The notes under the pieces: model-generated
The model's database searches: none
The model's input: the letters and a program-made list of their open reading frames with translations, nothing else
Told to the model about the DNA's origin: nothing
Assembly (NCBI GenBank): GCA_951804945.1
Contig: OX638158.1
Coordinates: 41,540,001 to 41,604,000 of the forward strand
Reading direction: 5' to 3'
DNA from: Podarcis cretensis
Taxonomy: Eukaryota
Length of the DNA: 64,000 bases
In this document: positions 51,827 to 63,024 of the stretch, one piece after another
Layout of the letters: every line of letters begins with the position of its first letter
Numbering within the stretch: the first letter of the stretch is position 1
Program-made: the position numbers and the translations under genes

Positions 51827-54720
51827 TATAACCATTTCAGAAGTGTATTTCATCCTATCCAGCTGCACCTTCAACCCCAGGAAGCATTTTTGCATTGTTA
51901 ATTCAACTCAGTATTGAGTGTTTTCAAGTAGCCAACCCTGTGGATATTCTTGATGTGGCCTTAGTGTCACATTCGGCCTACAAAGTATGATTCTATTTTT
52001 GAAACCTACCCAAATGATACCTTTGTTGACTTTTACCCAGGAATGAAGGAAAGAATGGTGTTCAGTTGTGTCTTGCCTAAATAAAAAAAAGCACTTCATT
52101 GTCAGCCTAAGAGGTCTTTTCCTCCCATCCAAAGACTAGAAATGCAGTATCCATAACATAAGTGATAGCAAGGAAGCTGACCAGGGTTGGCCAGGAATAG
52201 TTCTTATGTGCTAGTCAATCTAGGAATGATGGTCTCCTGACAAGAAATGAATGGTCAGGACTCCACAGAGATACATGAGATCTTTCATGCTCCAACAGGA
52301 TGCCATCAAGGCCCATAGCCAAGGTAGAAGAAGATTTATTTGCATTTCGCCTAATGTCCCTGGTGGAAATAAAGTTAGCAGACTGGATCAGGTGACCAGT
52401 CGGCTTCCAACTGTGCAAGGTGAATGCTTCATTTTAAGGTAATCAAGTATTAAGTTTCAACCAATCAATATAAGTGCCAATCCTACCCATGATCCAGAAG
52501 ATCACAGAGTGCAGAATGATGTAAATCAAGAACTGAAATGGTTCAGTCATTATTGGATTTTACCTCAAAATGCAATGTCACTATATCACTATAGTGTTAG
52601 AAAGGACCCTAGTGGTCACCAAGTCCAAGTCCCTGCAATGCAGTTACCTCAACTTGCAATCTCCCATCCAATCTGAAACCAGACCAGACCTGGCTTAGCC
52701 TTTGCAAATGTGCTAGCAGTTTTACTGCTATACCACTATGTCTACCTTCTCTGCAATTTTGGTAATCAAAATCTTTTAGATGCAGTTTCTTGTGGCTGTT
52801 GCTTTTGCCTGTAGGTTTTCAGTGTTGCAGTCAATAAGGGCCTATATGCCTTTGCTAAGGACAAAGAAATGTTGAGCCTCACCCTTTCTTCATCCTTAAA
52901 GTAAATTTCTTCTGTAAGCTTCAGGGGGTATTTTTCTTTGTTCTTACTTAAACCATTTCTCCTCAAGGGAAAAAAAGTTGCACATATTGACCTTACATGA
53001 TCAAGCCTTGGTGAGCCTTTGGTTCATGTGATTTCCCCTCAGCCCACCTGTTCTCCTCTTCTGGCTACAAAGAGGTGAAAAGAAGCTGTTGCTTCTGTTT
53101 TTAACTAACCACTGTTTAGCATTATATCCAGTCCCAAACAAACTGTGCTTAACGTTGAGTATGGTTTACTAAGACAGCCCAGTTTCTGGCTTGTTTCAAT
53201 AAACCATTGATAAGATTAATCACAACTTTGAGTTCAGACTAAACTTACTGCTGTCCTGCAGTAAATTGTAATGGAGATGATGTCTGATGTCTTCCTTGGA
53301 AGGAGGAATAGGCAAGGGGGACCAAGGTGCATTCTATGTTAAACCATGGTTTAGCGTTACAACTGAATGAGGCAACTGTGGGCTCGTAGAGCTCTTAACA
53401 TTTTACCTGAATAGATGGGAGGTCTTTCATTAAGCACACCTCTCAGACAATTTACAGGTAAGAAAAAAGTCCACTGTCAAACAAATTATCAGCTTCATTT
53501 TATGCTTGGAAAGGTGTTGAATCGTTGGATGAGCCTTTATTATTAATATTAAATATTCATGTTGATCTGAGTGCTCTTTTTATCTTGTAGCATATACTGA
53601 CACATTATAAAGAGTGTCATCTCTTAATTTTGACTTTGGTCTTGTGAGTCACCAAGCCAAATGCAGCCCATCAGCTACATATGGTCGTCTCCCCAGGGTA
53701 CTGATAATCCTCCTGCTTTTGCGGCCTGCCTGGGACTGCAAAACAAAAATGGGAATTGCCAAAGACCTGGAAGACCCTAGTCCAGGTGGGCTGCATATGG
53801 CTGGATAGGGTTGCAGGTTGTGTCCTAAAATGTTTGCAATGAACTTTAATTTAGGCTGAAAGGGGTTAACTAGTCCAAAATCCAGAATTGGTCATACTCA
53901 GAATAGGCCCATTAAAATCAGTAGGCCTAAGTCAGTAATGTTCATTTATTTCAGTGGGTCTACTCTGAGTATGGCTAACAGGGATACAACCCATTATTCA
54001 TTCTGTTTAAATAAGGAGTAATTCACATTGACTTTTTTTAGAAGTGTGTGTTAATGGGACATGCAGTAAACATAGGATCCATTGTGATACATTACCTAAC
54101 TGAGCATTTGTCCAGATCGTTGTTCACTAAACTAAAGAGTGGCATAGCAAGACATAATGTGAGCAGCTTGTGGAACGACCAGACACCTGCTTTGCATTCA
54201 CCACAAACTCAGTAACCCTTTCATAGTAAGCCCGGGAGAGTTATGATATTTCCTTTAGTTATATGCTTTCATATCTCTTAGGCAACCTACCATAACATTA
54301 TTCTAGAGATGACTAACCCATTTGGTTTAGTATATTCTGTAACATAATATACATTGTTTTTGTTATGATAAGACTGTAGGATGGTCTATTTAAAAAAATA
54401 ATAATAATTCTGGCATTGGCTCCTCAAAGTTGTGTTCTGGTCTTGTGTTTATCCAAATTCCAATCAGGCTTTATATTTGCCATAATTGCTTTGAGATCCC
54501 TCTATAGAGGAAGAGTAATTCTTACCAGCCAGCCATCACTAACCTGAAATTTCCATACCTAGGTTGTTAGCTTTTTTAGCATCCCATTGTTTTTAGTTCA
54601 TCCGCATCAACTGCCTCATGTCACCCTATTGTAAGTGTGGTTTATTCTACATAAAATTATGTCAGTTAAAGTATTAAATTTGCAATCACACTTTTCTTTT
54701 GAGCATTCTGTGCTGTGTTC

Positions 54721-54932
54721 NNNNNNNNNNNNNNNNNNNNNNNNNNNNNNNNNNNNNNNNNNNNNNNNNNNNNNNNNNNNNNNNNNNNNNNNNNNNNNNN
54801 NNNNNNNNNNNNNNNNNNNNNNNNNNNNNNNNNNNNNNNNNNNNNNNNNNNNNNNNNNNNNNNNNNNNNNNNNNNNNNNNNNNNNNNNNNNNNNNNNNNN
54901 NNNNNNNNNNNNNNNNNNNNNNNNNNNNNNNN
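54721..54932. other. N run (212 nt), assembly gap or masking
   Basis: Direct reading. Confidence 0.99.
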
Positions 54933-55020
54933 CTTATTTTTAAGAACTCTTTTTAAAAAATTTATGTATTTCTTTTATTGATAATCAACCATTGTGCGGT
55001 TCAGTGCTTAAAGAGCTTAC

Positions 55021-55193
55021 NNNNNNNNNNNNNNNNNNNNNNNNNNNNNNNNNNNNNNNNNNNNNNNNNNNNNNNNNNNNNNNNNNNNNNNNNNNNNNNN
55101 NNNNNNNNNNNNNNNNNNNNNNNNNNNNNNNNNNNNNNNNNNNNNNNNNNNNNNNNNNNNNNNNNNNNNNNNNNNNNNNNNNNNNNNNNNNNN
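55021..55193. other. N run (173 nt), assembly gap or masking
   Basis: Direct reading. Confidence 0.99.
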
Positions 55194-55317
55194 ATTTTTG
55201 AAAACTAAGTTTGCAGTTAGCAGTAGCTTGCTTTACATTTTCTTTAAAACAAATTGAGATTTTGGCTCAGAAAGCTCTTTAAGTTTCAAAGAAGTGTGTT
55301 TATTTATTTTTATATAG

Positions 55318-55401
55318 GCAGAAGAAAGGCATGGCAACATTGAAGAGCGCATGAGGCACTTGGAGGCCCAACTGGAGGAGAAGAACCAGGAGCTTCAAAG
55401 A
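55318..55401 (+). CDS. PPFIA2: Liprin-alpha-2 coding exon ([28 protein letters not shown])
   Basis: tatag|GCA...AGA|gtatgt; 84 nt. Confidence 0.95.
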
Positions 55402-55705
55402 GTATGTGTATTGTTGATCATTTGATTTATAGTTTGACTCGTCTAAGCTAAATGCATCACACTGTTACACATAGTCCCCCTTATACCTAAAAAATGAGTC
55501 TCATGTCTAGAAGCTCAACTGGAAGAGAAGAATTGGAATTTCCCCCAAATTGCTTACATTTATTTATTTTTTGACTTGATGAATATGAACTGAACGATTA
55601 TCAGGTATTGAATGTGCGCAAATGTTTGATTCAGCAGTAGTGCTAATAAATTTTATCCTCTGGCAGTATTTGTTTTTGCTGTGCGCTACTGTACCATGGG
55701 TACTG

Positions 55706-56061
55706 TGACACGGGTGGCACTGTGGTCTAAAACACAGAGCCTAGGGCTTGCCAATTGGAACCTCGGCGGTTCAAACCCCCATGACGGGGTGAGCTCCCAT
55801 TGCTCAGTCCCAGCTCCTGCCAACCTAGCAGTTCGAAAGCACGTCAAAGTGCAAGTAGATAAATAGGTACCACTCCAGCGGGAAGGTAAACAGCGTTTCC
55901 GTGCGCTGCTCTGGTTTGCCAGAAGTGACTTAGTCATGCTGGCCACATGACCCAGAAGGTGTACGCCGGCTCCCTTGGCCAATAAAGCGAGATGAGCGCC
56001 GTAACCCCAGAGTCATCCGCAACTGGACCTAATGGTCAGGGGTCCCTTTACCTTTACCTTT
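55706..56061 (+). mobile_element. Sauria-type SINE, full length
   Basis: Head, core and CCTTTACCTTTACCTT tail; flanks CTGTACCATGGGTA / CTGTACCAGGGTA resemble a TSD. Confidence 0.9.
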
Positions 56062-56184
56062 GCTGTACCAGGGTATCATTACTGTGATTTCAGTTACAAT
56101 AATCCACCACTCGTGTTTCACTAATGATAACATTTTAGATAATTTTGGAACCGCCCATTTTGTTTCCTTGATACTTTACTGAAG

Positions 56185-56316
56185 GCAAGGCAAAGAGAAA
56201 AAATGAATGAAGAGCACAACAAGAGATTATCAGATACTGTGGACAGACTTTTGACAGAATCTAATGAGCGCCTGCAGCTACATTTAAAAGAGAGAATGGC
56301 AGCATTGGAAGAAAAG
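56185..56316 (+). CDS. PPFIA2: Liprin-alpha-2 coding exon ([44 protein letters not shown])
   Basis: ctgaag|GCA...AAG|gtaaaa; 132 nt. Confidence 0.95.
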
Positions 56317-56926
56317 GTAAAATGAGCAAAACAAATGGTTCATATCCAATGGTAGTCATGCTCAGAACAGAATCAATGGATCAGCCTAAGAAGAAATGTA
56401 CTAAGCTGCCTTTTGCTTAGATATTGGTCCATCTAGCTCAATACACTCTGAGTGTATGACCCAATTGAGGATTGTCCCATACTTACCTTGATTTGTATTT
56501 GGTGGGGGGGGGGGTGTTCTTGATACTATGGGGGGAAAGCAAATAAATACTTAAGGCTTGATCCCTTGCCCATCAAATCTTCCTGTTCCTTTCCTGTATG
56601 TGAAATCCTCACTGACTTTCCTTCCTGCCAGCTTTCTTCAAAACTCAATGGAGCTACTCATGTACTCCGGGGTATTTGCAGTGCACAGACTGGGCCATGT
56701 GCTTAATGTTTAAAATGTCAATCCTATGTTGATGGCAAAATGTCAGTCCAAAATTGATGTTGTCCGATAGCTATCTGTGTTAATAGTATAACTTTTAACA
56801 TATTCATAAAAGGATAGTCAATACTTGTTATTACAATGGGAAGCATGAAAAAAATTGCAGATTCTGCAGAAATGTGTTTTATTTTGCTGTAATTTGTCTC
56901 TACTTTTGATCTTTTCTCTTTCTTAG

Positions 56927-56989
56927 AATGTTTTAATACAAGAATCAGAAAGCTTTAGGAAGAACTTGGAAGAATCATTACATGATAAG
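56927..56989 (+). CDS. PPFIA2: Liprin-alpha-2 coding exon (NVLIQESESFRKNLEESLHDK)
   Basis: tcttag|AAT...AAG|gtattc; 63 nt. Confidence 0.93.
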
Positions 56990-57289
56990 GTATTCTTTCT
57001 TTCCTACCTGCATTCACCTTTATTTTAAAAAGCAACTGATTACCAAAAAAGAAGTAGTAGTCTTCGGAATTCAAAACCTGAAAATGTTCCTAAAGATAAT
57101 GGAACCTAGGGTTGTATCCAACTAAGACGCTGCAAGAGGAACAACTTCTACTTGTCCAAGGGATTCTCTCCACGCCCAGTGGCATCGCAACGGGGAGTGG
57201 GGGGCGGTACGCCCCTGGTTCCATGTCTGCGGGGGTGACAAGAAGTCACCCTGTGGGGGCTTGTGATGGCACAAGCAGCCATCGCACCA

Positions 57290-57910
57290 CCGCAGCCGCA
57301 TGTGGAGGATCCTCCATTCGCTGCTGCAGCTGTGAGCAGAGCATCCCAGCGCCAGTGGCAAACCACTAAGTACAGCACATGTGCAGTGTCACATGCATGT
57401 GCTGTACGTAGCGACGCTGCGCATGCGCTGTATAGCAGTTTGTAGCCAGCACCGTTCCAGCACTGTACGGACAGTGCCAGGATCCCTCCTTCACTGCTAC
57501 AGCTGCGAACTGAAGAATGGGATTTTCCGTTCGTGGCTGCAGCCGCGAGCAGAGGATCCCAGCACCGTTGTACGGTGCTGGAGCGGCGCCGGCGGCAAAC
57601 CGCTATACAGCACATGCACAGTGTCACACACAAGGGCTGTACGTAGTGACGCCACCCATGTGCTGTATAGCGGTTTTCCGCTGGAGCTGCTCCAGCGTCA
57701 TATGGACAGTGGCAGGATTGTCTGCTTCTGGCTGCAGCTGCAAATGGAGGATCCTCCATTCACGGCTGTAGCAGCAACGAAGGGATGCCGGCACTGTACA
57801 TACGGCGCTGGAGTGGCGCCGGCGGCAAACCACTATACAGGATATGTGCAGCGTCGCTTTGTATGGCGCATGCGTCGTTTGTAGCAACGCTGCACATGTG
57901 CTCTACATCA
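57290..57910. repeat. GC-rich array of alternately inverted ~114-bp monomers
   Basis: Perfect palindrome at 57743-57760; perfect 20-bp inverted repeat 57597-57616 / 57657-57676; ~230-bp direct periodicity. Confidence 0.8.
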
Positions 57911-60118
57911 TGACAGCCACTCCGGGTACTACAGCACCTTCCTTCACCCCTGCCCACACCTCCCTTTGTGTGCCCCTTGCACCCCCTCTATATCTGATAT
58001 GGAGCTCCCTCAACCCTCCAAATCAGATTGCAGGGGGTGCAATGGAAGGAGAAGGAGGAGAAGTTTCATTGTGTGAGCAATTAAACTGGACAGTGCTATT
58101 GTTCACACATCCGAGTGAAGATATGAGAGAGCTACATGCCGCACAGCATCAACATTCAGCCATACACTAGAGAACCCGCACCTCTGTAGGCTGCAATCCT
58201 TGGCACATTTCTCTGGGAGTGAGCCCCATTGAATGCAACTTACTTCCAAATTGGGCTGTACACTTCAAGTAGTGTTCATTGGCCTGCTGATAATATTTAT
58301 GAACCCTAGTGCAGGCATGAATTGCCCCCACAAAATATGTGGGCTGGATACATTTGGTTGAATGAAAGACTTTCCTCCAAACTGCCACATTCTTATGTAA
58401 ATACCTCCTTCCCCACTCTAGAGATGCATTTTGATTGCTCTGCTTCCATAGAATGCTCAAGTCTGGGTGGTCAATGGCCAGAAACTTATTGAGGACATGA
58501 GTCTTGAGCTTTCAGCCCCACATCTACCCAATCCTGACAGTCATATTAAAAATAGCATCAAAATTGCCCTTTGCAAGTCAACACAGCTTAACCCATGTAC
58601 CATTGATTTAATGAACCAGTCAAATTCATTACAAACATTTATAACAAATGCCATTTTTCTAATTCTTTACCAACCTACAGCCAGTAGATAACATAAATTC
58701 AACCAATCATATTTAAGTAAGCAGAAAGTAATTTTGCTAGGTATCAGATTAAATAGAAATAGAAGGAGTGGAATGGGAAAGAATTGTGGCTGAGCCCTGA
58801 GTCTAGGGGCAAAATAACTGTTAATGCGTGATATCGGAACCAAACATGAAGGGAATAAATTGTAGACAAATACATTTTTTAATTTGGCTGTCATTTGTTC
58901 CTAAAAAGAGAATTTCCAGAAGGAATGGGTGGGATTAGACTTCTGACTATGACTCATGAGCTCCTTGTTGCTTCATTTGTTTATTTTAATAATTTGTTGG
59001 CCACATTCTGTTCCAAAGAATTGTACCCGAAGCAGTGTGCTTCCTTCCAATTATGCTTATCCCCATATTTTCTCTATACTTGTTGTCAGGAAGAGACTGA
59101 ATCTTTTTTTTGGGGGGGGGGAGAATGTCATATTTAGCATTTATGGAATGTAAATAGCTGTTGCCTATATGTATTTTGAGCAGTTGAAAAATATGTTTCC
59201 AGAATTTATTCATGTATTTGGTTTTTGATTTACTGCATTTATAGCTTCTCTCTCCCCCCCCCCCGAAGAGCTCAAGACATGCTTGCCCCATGTTTTGTCC
59301 TCCTAACAACCCAGTGAGATTCTTCAGTTTTCTTCTTGTCCTGAGTTGGGATTTGAACTGGAGTCTTCCTAGCCCTAGTCTGACACTCTAACCACCATAC
59401 CATGCTGCCCCCCCTTTTTTACATTTTCTTAGCTAAAAGTACAGAATAAGTGGCACAGCAGAAGGATACTATGATTCTTCCTGATACCAAGAACAAGTGG
59501 GGGCAGGTTTCACGGGAAGAGGTAGATCCTCTTTTCCCAACATGATACCCTCCAGATGTTTCATACAACAATTTCCACCACTCAATGCAGCACAGCCATG
59601 ATAGCTGCTCCTTAAGGGAGTTCTATGAGCTGGATCTGGACCTATTCATACTTATAGTAGAATACTCAAATCAATTCTTTTAAAAGGACTATTCTAAACC
59701 TAAGTCTGGATCCGAGCCAAATCATTTAGTATATAAAATCCAGTGCACTTTTCTTTGACTGCTTTCGTTGAAAATTCAAGCTGTATTTTTTTTCCATTTT
59801 CGATAGAGAAGTGTCTAGATTCCTGTTGTTGTTCTTAGTATATTAATTTAGGAATAGTTTCTTGCTTATGCAGTTCACCCCTGTTCATTGAGGGCTAGTG
59901 GTTTTATCATGCTAAACTGAGCTCAAACTGCTATACTAGACCTTTTAAAAAAATTAGGGGAAGTGTTCTTTGTCCTCGATCCTGTTATCTGTGACTGACC
60001 CATAAGAACAAGTAAGAAACAATTGATTCGAATCTGATGGTTTTCAGTGTGCAAGCCAGCTAACGTTAGCTGGATTTATGTATTTGTTGCAAAGTGTAAT
60101 TCTTTTAAGAACTCTGTA

Positions 60119-60360
60119 CAGTCAAACCCCGGTTCTTAAACTTAATCCGTTCCGGAAGCCCGTTCGGCTTCTGAAACGTTCAACAACCAAGGTGCAGCTT
60201 CCGATTGGTTGCAAGAGCTTCCTGCACTCAAGTAGGAAGCCGCGTCGGACGTTTGGCGTCCAAAAAGCGTTCGAAAACCAGTGCATTTACTTCCAGGTTT
60301 TTGGCATTTGGGAGCCAAAAGGTTCCAAAACGAAGGCGTTCAGGAGCCAAGTTTTGACTG
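60119..60360. mobile_element. Tc1/mariner MITE
   Basis: TA|CAGTCAAAC ... GTTTTGACTG|TA. Confidence 0.78.
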
Positions 60361-60845
60361 TATAAACTTTAAAACAGCAAAGAAGGAATGCAAAATTGGT
60401 GAAAACTGGAATCTTTGGAATGTATTTATAGTCTTCCATTTGTTATGTCTGGCATCACTAAAAATCACCAATGATTAGTTTGTCTAGCTGACAAAGGAAT
60501 TTTTTTCTACAATTCTCCCGTTAATAATTTATTTTTCATATTGTAAAAATATCTATAGACGTGCTTTGTTGGGCTGTTTAAAATGATTAGTTGGTTTGTT
60601 GCAACTTTAACCTTAATAAGTAATGCTAGTCAATAAGTAATGAGTCTAACAAATTACTTATTTAACAAATATTAGTTTTAATGAAAATAATATTTTTACA
60701 ACCCCTTGCTAGGCTGATACACTGTAAGTTGGTACTTAGTTGCCGAGAAGCTTAATGTTGTTCGCTGATATTAATTTTGATAAATGTAAGTTTTGATATA
60801 AAAACACTGTTGACTTCTTATTATTGTCATTATTATTATTTTCAG

Positions 60846-60937
60846 GAAAGATTGGCAGATGAAATAGACAAGCTGAGAGTTGAACTTGACCAATTGAAAA
60901 TAAGAGCAGGTTCTTTAATTGATCCCACGTTGTCAAG
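60846..60937 (+). CDS. PPFIA2: Liprin-alpha-2 coding exon (ERLADEIDKLRVELDQLKIRAGSLIDPTLS-R)
   Basis: tttcag|GAA...TCAAG|gtagcc; 92 nt, ends phase 2. Confidence 0.92.
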
Positions 60938-61651
60938 GTAGCCTAAGAAAACCATAATATTTTCTTAATTTTAATACATTTAAAATCATACTATGTTGAA
61001 AATACTGTTTGCAGTTCACCATCCACCATGCGTTGCAAGCAGCCTTAGAAAATGTTATCATTTTAATCATCGTCATTTTCTAAGGCACTGGGTGAAGTGC
61101 TTCCTTTCATAACTGCCAATGGGAAATCTGCTTTAGGCATTTATAGGTTGTTTTACGTGGGTTTTGAGAAAGTGTTGGCAGGAAGAGGAATGGACAAATA
61201 AGTCCATGATTAAATTCAGATGTGATGAATATTGCATTAGTTCTCCTGATTATAATGCTAGCACATCTGTCCCATTTTCTAATGTTCCTTTCACGTTGCA
61301 GTACCTGTTGCATTAGGGAACTTGTAGCAATTAGTGCTAACGTTCATTCACACCAGTGGTCATGGTGTGACACACAGTGAATGTCACTGGATGAGGTTGA
61401 TGCTCCCCCATTCATGCTTTCACATGTGTGCTTCTGTTTCTCCATTACGTCCCCATGAAAACAGTAGGAAAGAACTGTATGCCAATGTACCACCCCCAAT
61501 TTTGTCCCTTCCATGATTTTCTGGGTTAAGGGGCTGCAAAGTGATTTTTTTCTAGTAACAGGTAGGTAGCCGTGTTGGTCTGCCATAGTCGAAACAATAT
61601 AAAAAAAAATCCTTCCAGTAGCAGCTTAGAGACCAACTAAGTTTGTTCTTG

Positions 61652-61689
61652 GTATGAGCTTTCGTGTGCATGCACACTTCTTCAGATAC
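61652..61689 (-). ncRNA. Minimal type I hammerhead ribozyme motif
   Basis: Reverse complement reads GTATCTGAAGAAGTGTGCATGCACACGAAAGCTCATAC, with a perfect stem II. Confidence 0.72.
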
Positions 61690-62078
61690 ATTGAAACAAA
61701 AGTCACAGAGGGTGGGAAAGGGTATTGCTCAGAAGGTTGGTGGGGATGGGTGGTTGGCTGATAGGTGTGGTAAACCAGTTGACAACTGCAATTGGTCTTA
61801 CAGGAAAAAGCAAGGGGTGAGATGGATTCTTATCTCATTATACATGAGATGGATTTTTATCTCATTATACATGTGGATTCTTCTCTCATTATACATGATA
61901 AAGCTATTTTTAGCCATCTCACCCCTTGCTTTTTCCTGTAAGACCAATTGCAGTCGTTAACAGTCGTCAACAGGTTTACCACACCTATCAGCTAATCACC
62001 CATTCCCACCACCCTTCTGAGCAATACCCCTCCCCACCCTCTCACTATATATAAGGGTCTCGTGACTTCTGTTGCAGT

Positions 62079-62116
62079 GTATCTGAAGAAGAGTGCATGC
62101 ACACGAAAGCTCATAC
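62079..62116 (+). ncRNA. Minimal type I hammerhead ribozyme motif
   Basis: GTAT-CTGAAGA-A-GAGTGCATGCACAC-GAAA-GC-TC-ATAC: stem I GTAT/ATAC, CUGANGA and GAAA cores, UC cleavage site at 62111-62112. Confidence 0.7.
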
Positions 62117-62888
62117 CAAGAACAAACTTAGTTGGTCTCTAAAGAGCTGCTGGAAGGTTCCCCCCCCCCCAAAAAAAAATCAAATAACATGGAAGTGAGC
62201 ACTAAACATGACCATATACCACTGGTTTTCAGGAAATGGCTATTATGTCATGTGACAGCTCACATGCAATTCAGAAATTAACAATTAGGGAAATGGAATA
62301 AACTTCATGTAAATGCAGCCTGTTTCTGATTTGTATGACTTTTATATACAGTCACCCATAAGTCTGCTTCATCTCCATGTTAAGTTTTATTTCAATCTGG
62401 GGGAGGGGGAAAGATCACATTTCAAGTGTATATTTAAGTGTGTCTTTTAAAATGTATCTTCTCTCAAAATACACCCTTGTAAATGATGAAACGTTTGAGC
62501 TGAGAATTATGCAGAAACATTTGAGAAGTGCAAAAGCTAGTGGGAAACTTAAGCATCATCCAAGAGTTGTTCATTTGGTCTTGAATCCTGGTTGATTTCA
62601 ACCCAAGTCTTGCCAGGTCAAGTTTCATTGCTCTCTCCACACCACACTGACTATCAGGAAAACGTGTCATTTTGAGTTTTACTGATTATTTCTAGTTTCC
62701 ATTCAGATACATCACAGAGCTTTATTACCCTCGTAGCATTTCAGGAAACCACCCAAAATTGTTTTCTTTATGTATAGAATGAGATTTCATAGGATGAACG
62801 TCTCTGCACATTGTAAAACAGTTAATAAATTGTTGATTTTTTTTTTTTTTACGGTTTGGCTTATTCGTGTGCTGCAACTGTTTTTCAG

Positions 62889-63024
62889 ACCACATCTTGA
62901 TTCATCAGCAGAGCTGAGGTACTCTGTGAGCTCCCTAGTTGATAGCCAACCAGATTATAGGTCTACTAAGGTGATAAGAAGACCTAGAAGAGGCCGTATG
63001 GGAATCCGGAGAGACGAACCAAAG
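62889..63024 (+). CDS. PPFIA2: Liprin-alpha-2 coding exon (PHLDSSAELRYSVSSLVDSQPDYRSTKVIRRPRRGRMGIRRDEPK)
   Basis: tttcag|A CCA...AAG|gtttat; 136 nt; completes the split Arg codon of the previous exon. Confidence 0.93.

Larger units (their letters stand above)
61555..62157. mobile_element. Non-autonomous Penelope-like (PLE) element with fold-back arms
   Basis: 61611-~61823 is the reverse complement of ~61915-62157; each arm has a hammerhead motif; 26-bp tandem repeat in the centre; head GTAGCCGTGTTGGTCTG resembles reptile PLE termini (recalled). Confidence 0.75.

Noticed and set aside
54311-54345. GACTAAC branch-like motif followed by TTTAG|TATATTCT|GTAAC (8-nt microexon)
   Set aside because: Weak donor and not frame-preserving on its own.
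54635-55208. ORFs containing X runs
   Set aside because: Artefacts of the N blocks.
57112-58170. Cluster of overlapping long ORFs (up to 203 aa) on both strands
   Set aside because: Explained by the GC-rich, stop-poor inverted repeat array; no recognisable protein.
61817-61900. CRISPR-like short direct repeats
   Set aside because: Repeats are contiguous without unique spacers, there are no cas genes, and the context is eukaryotic.
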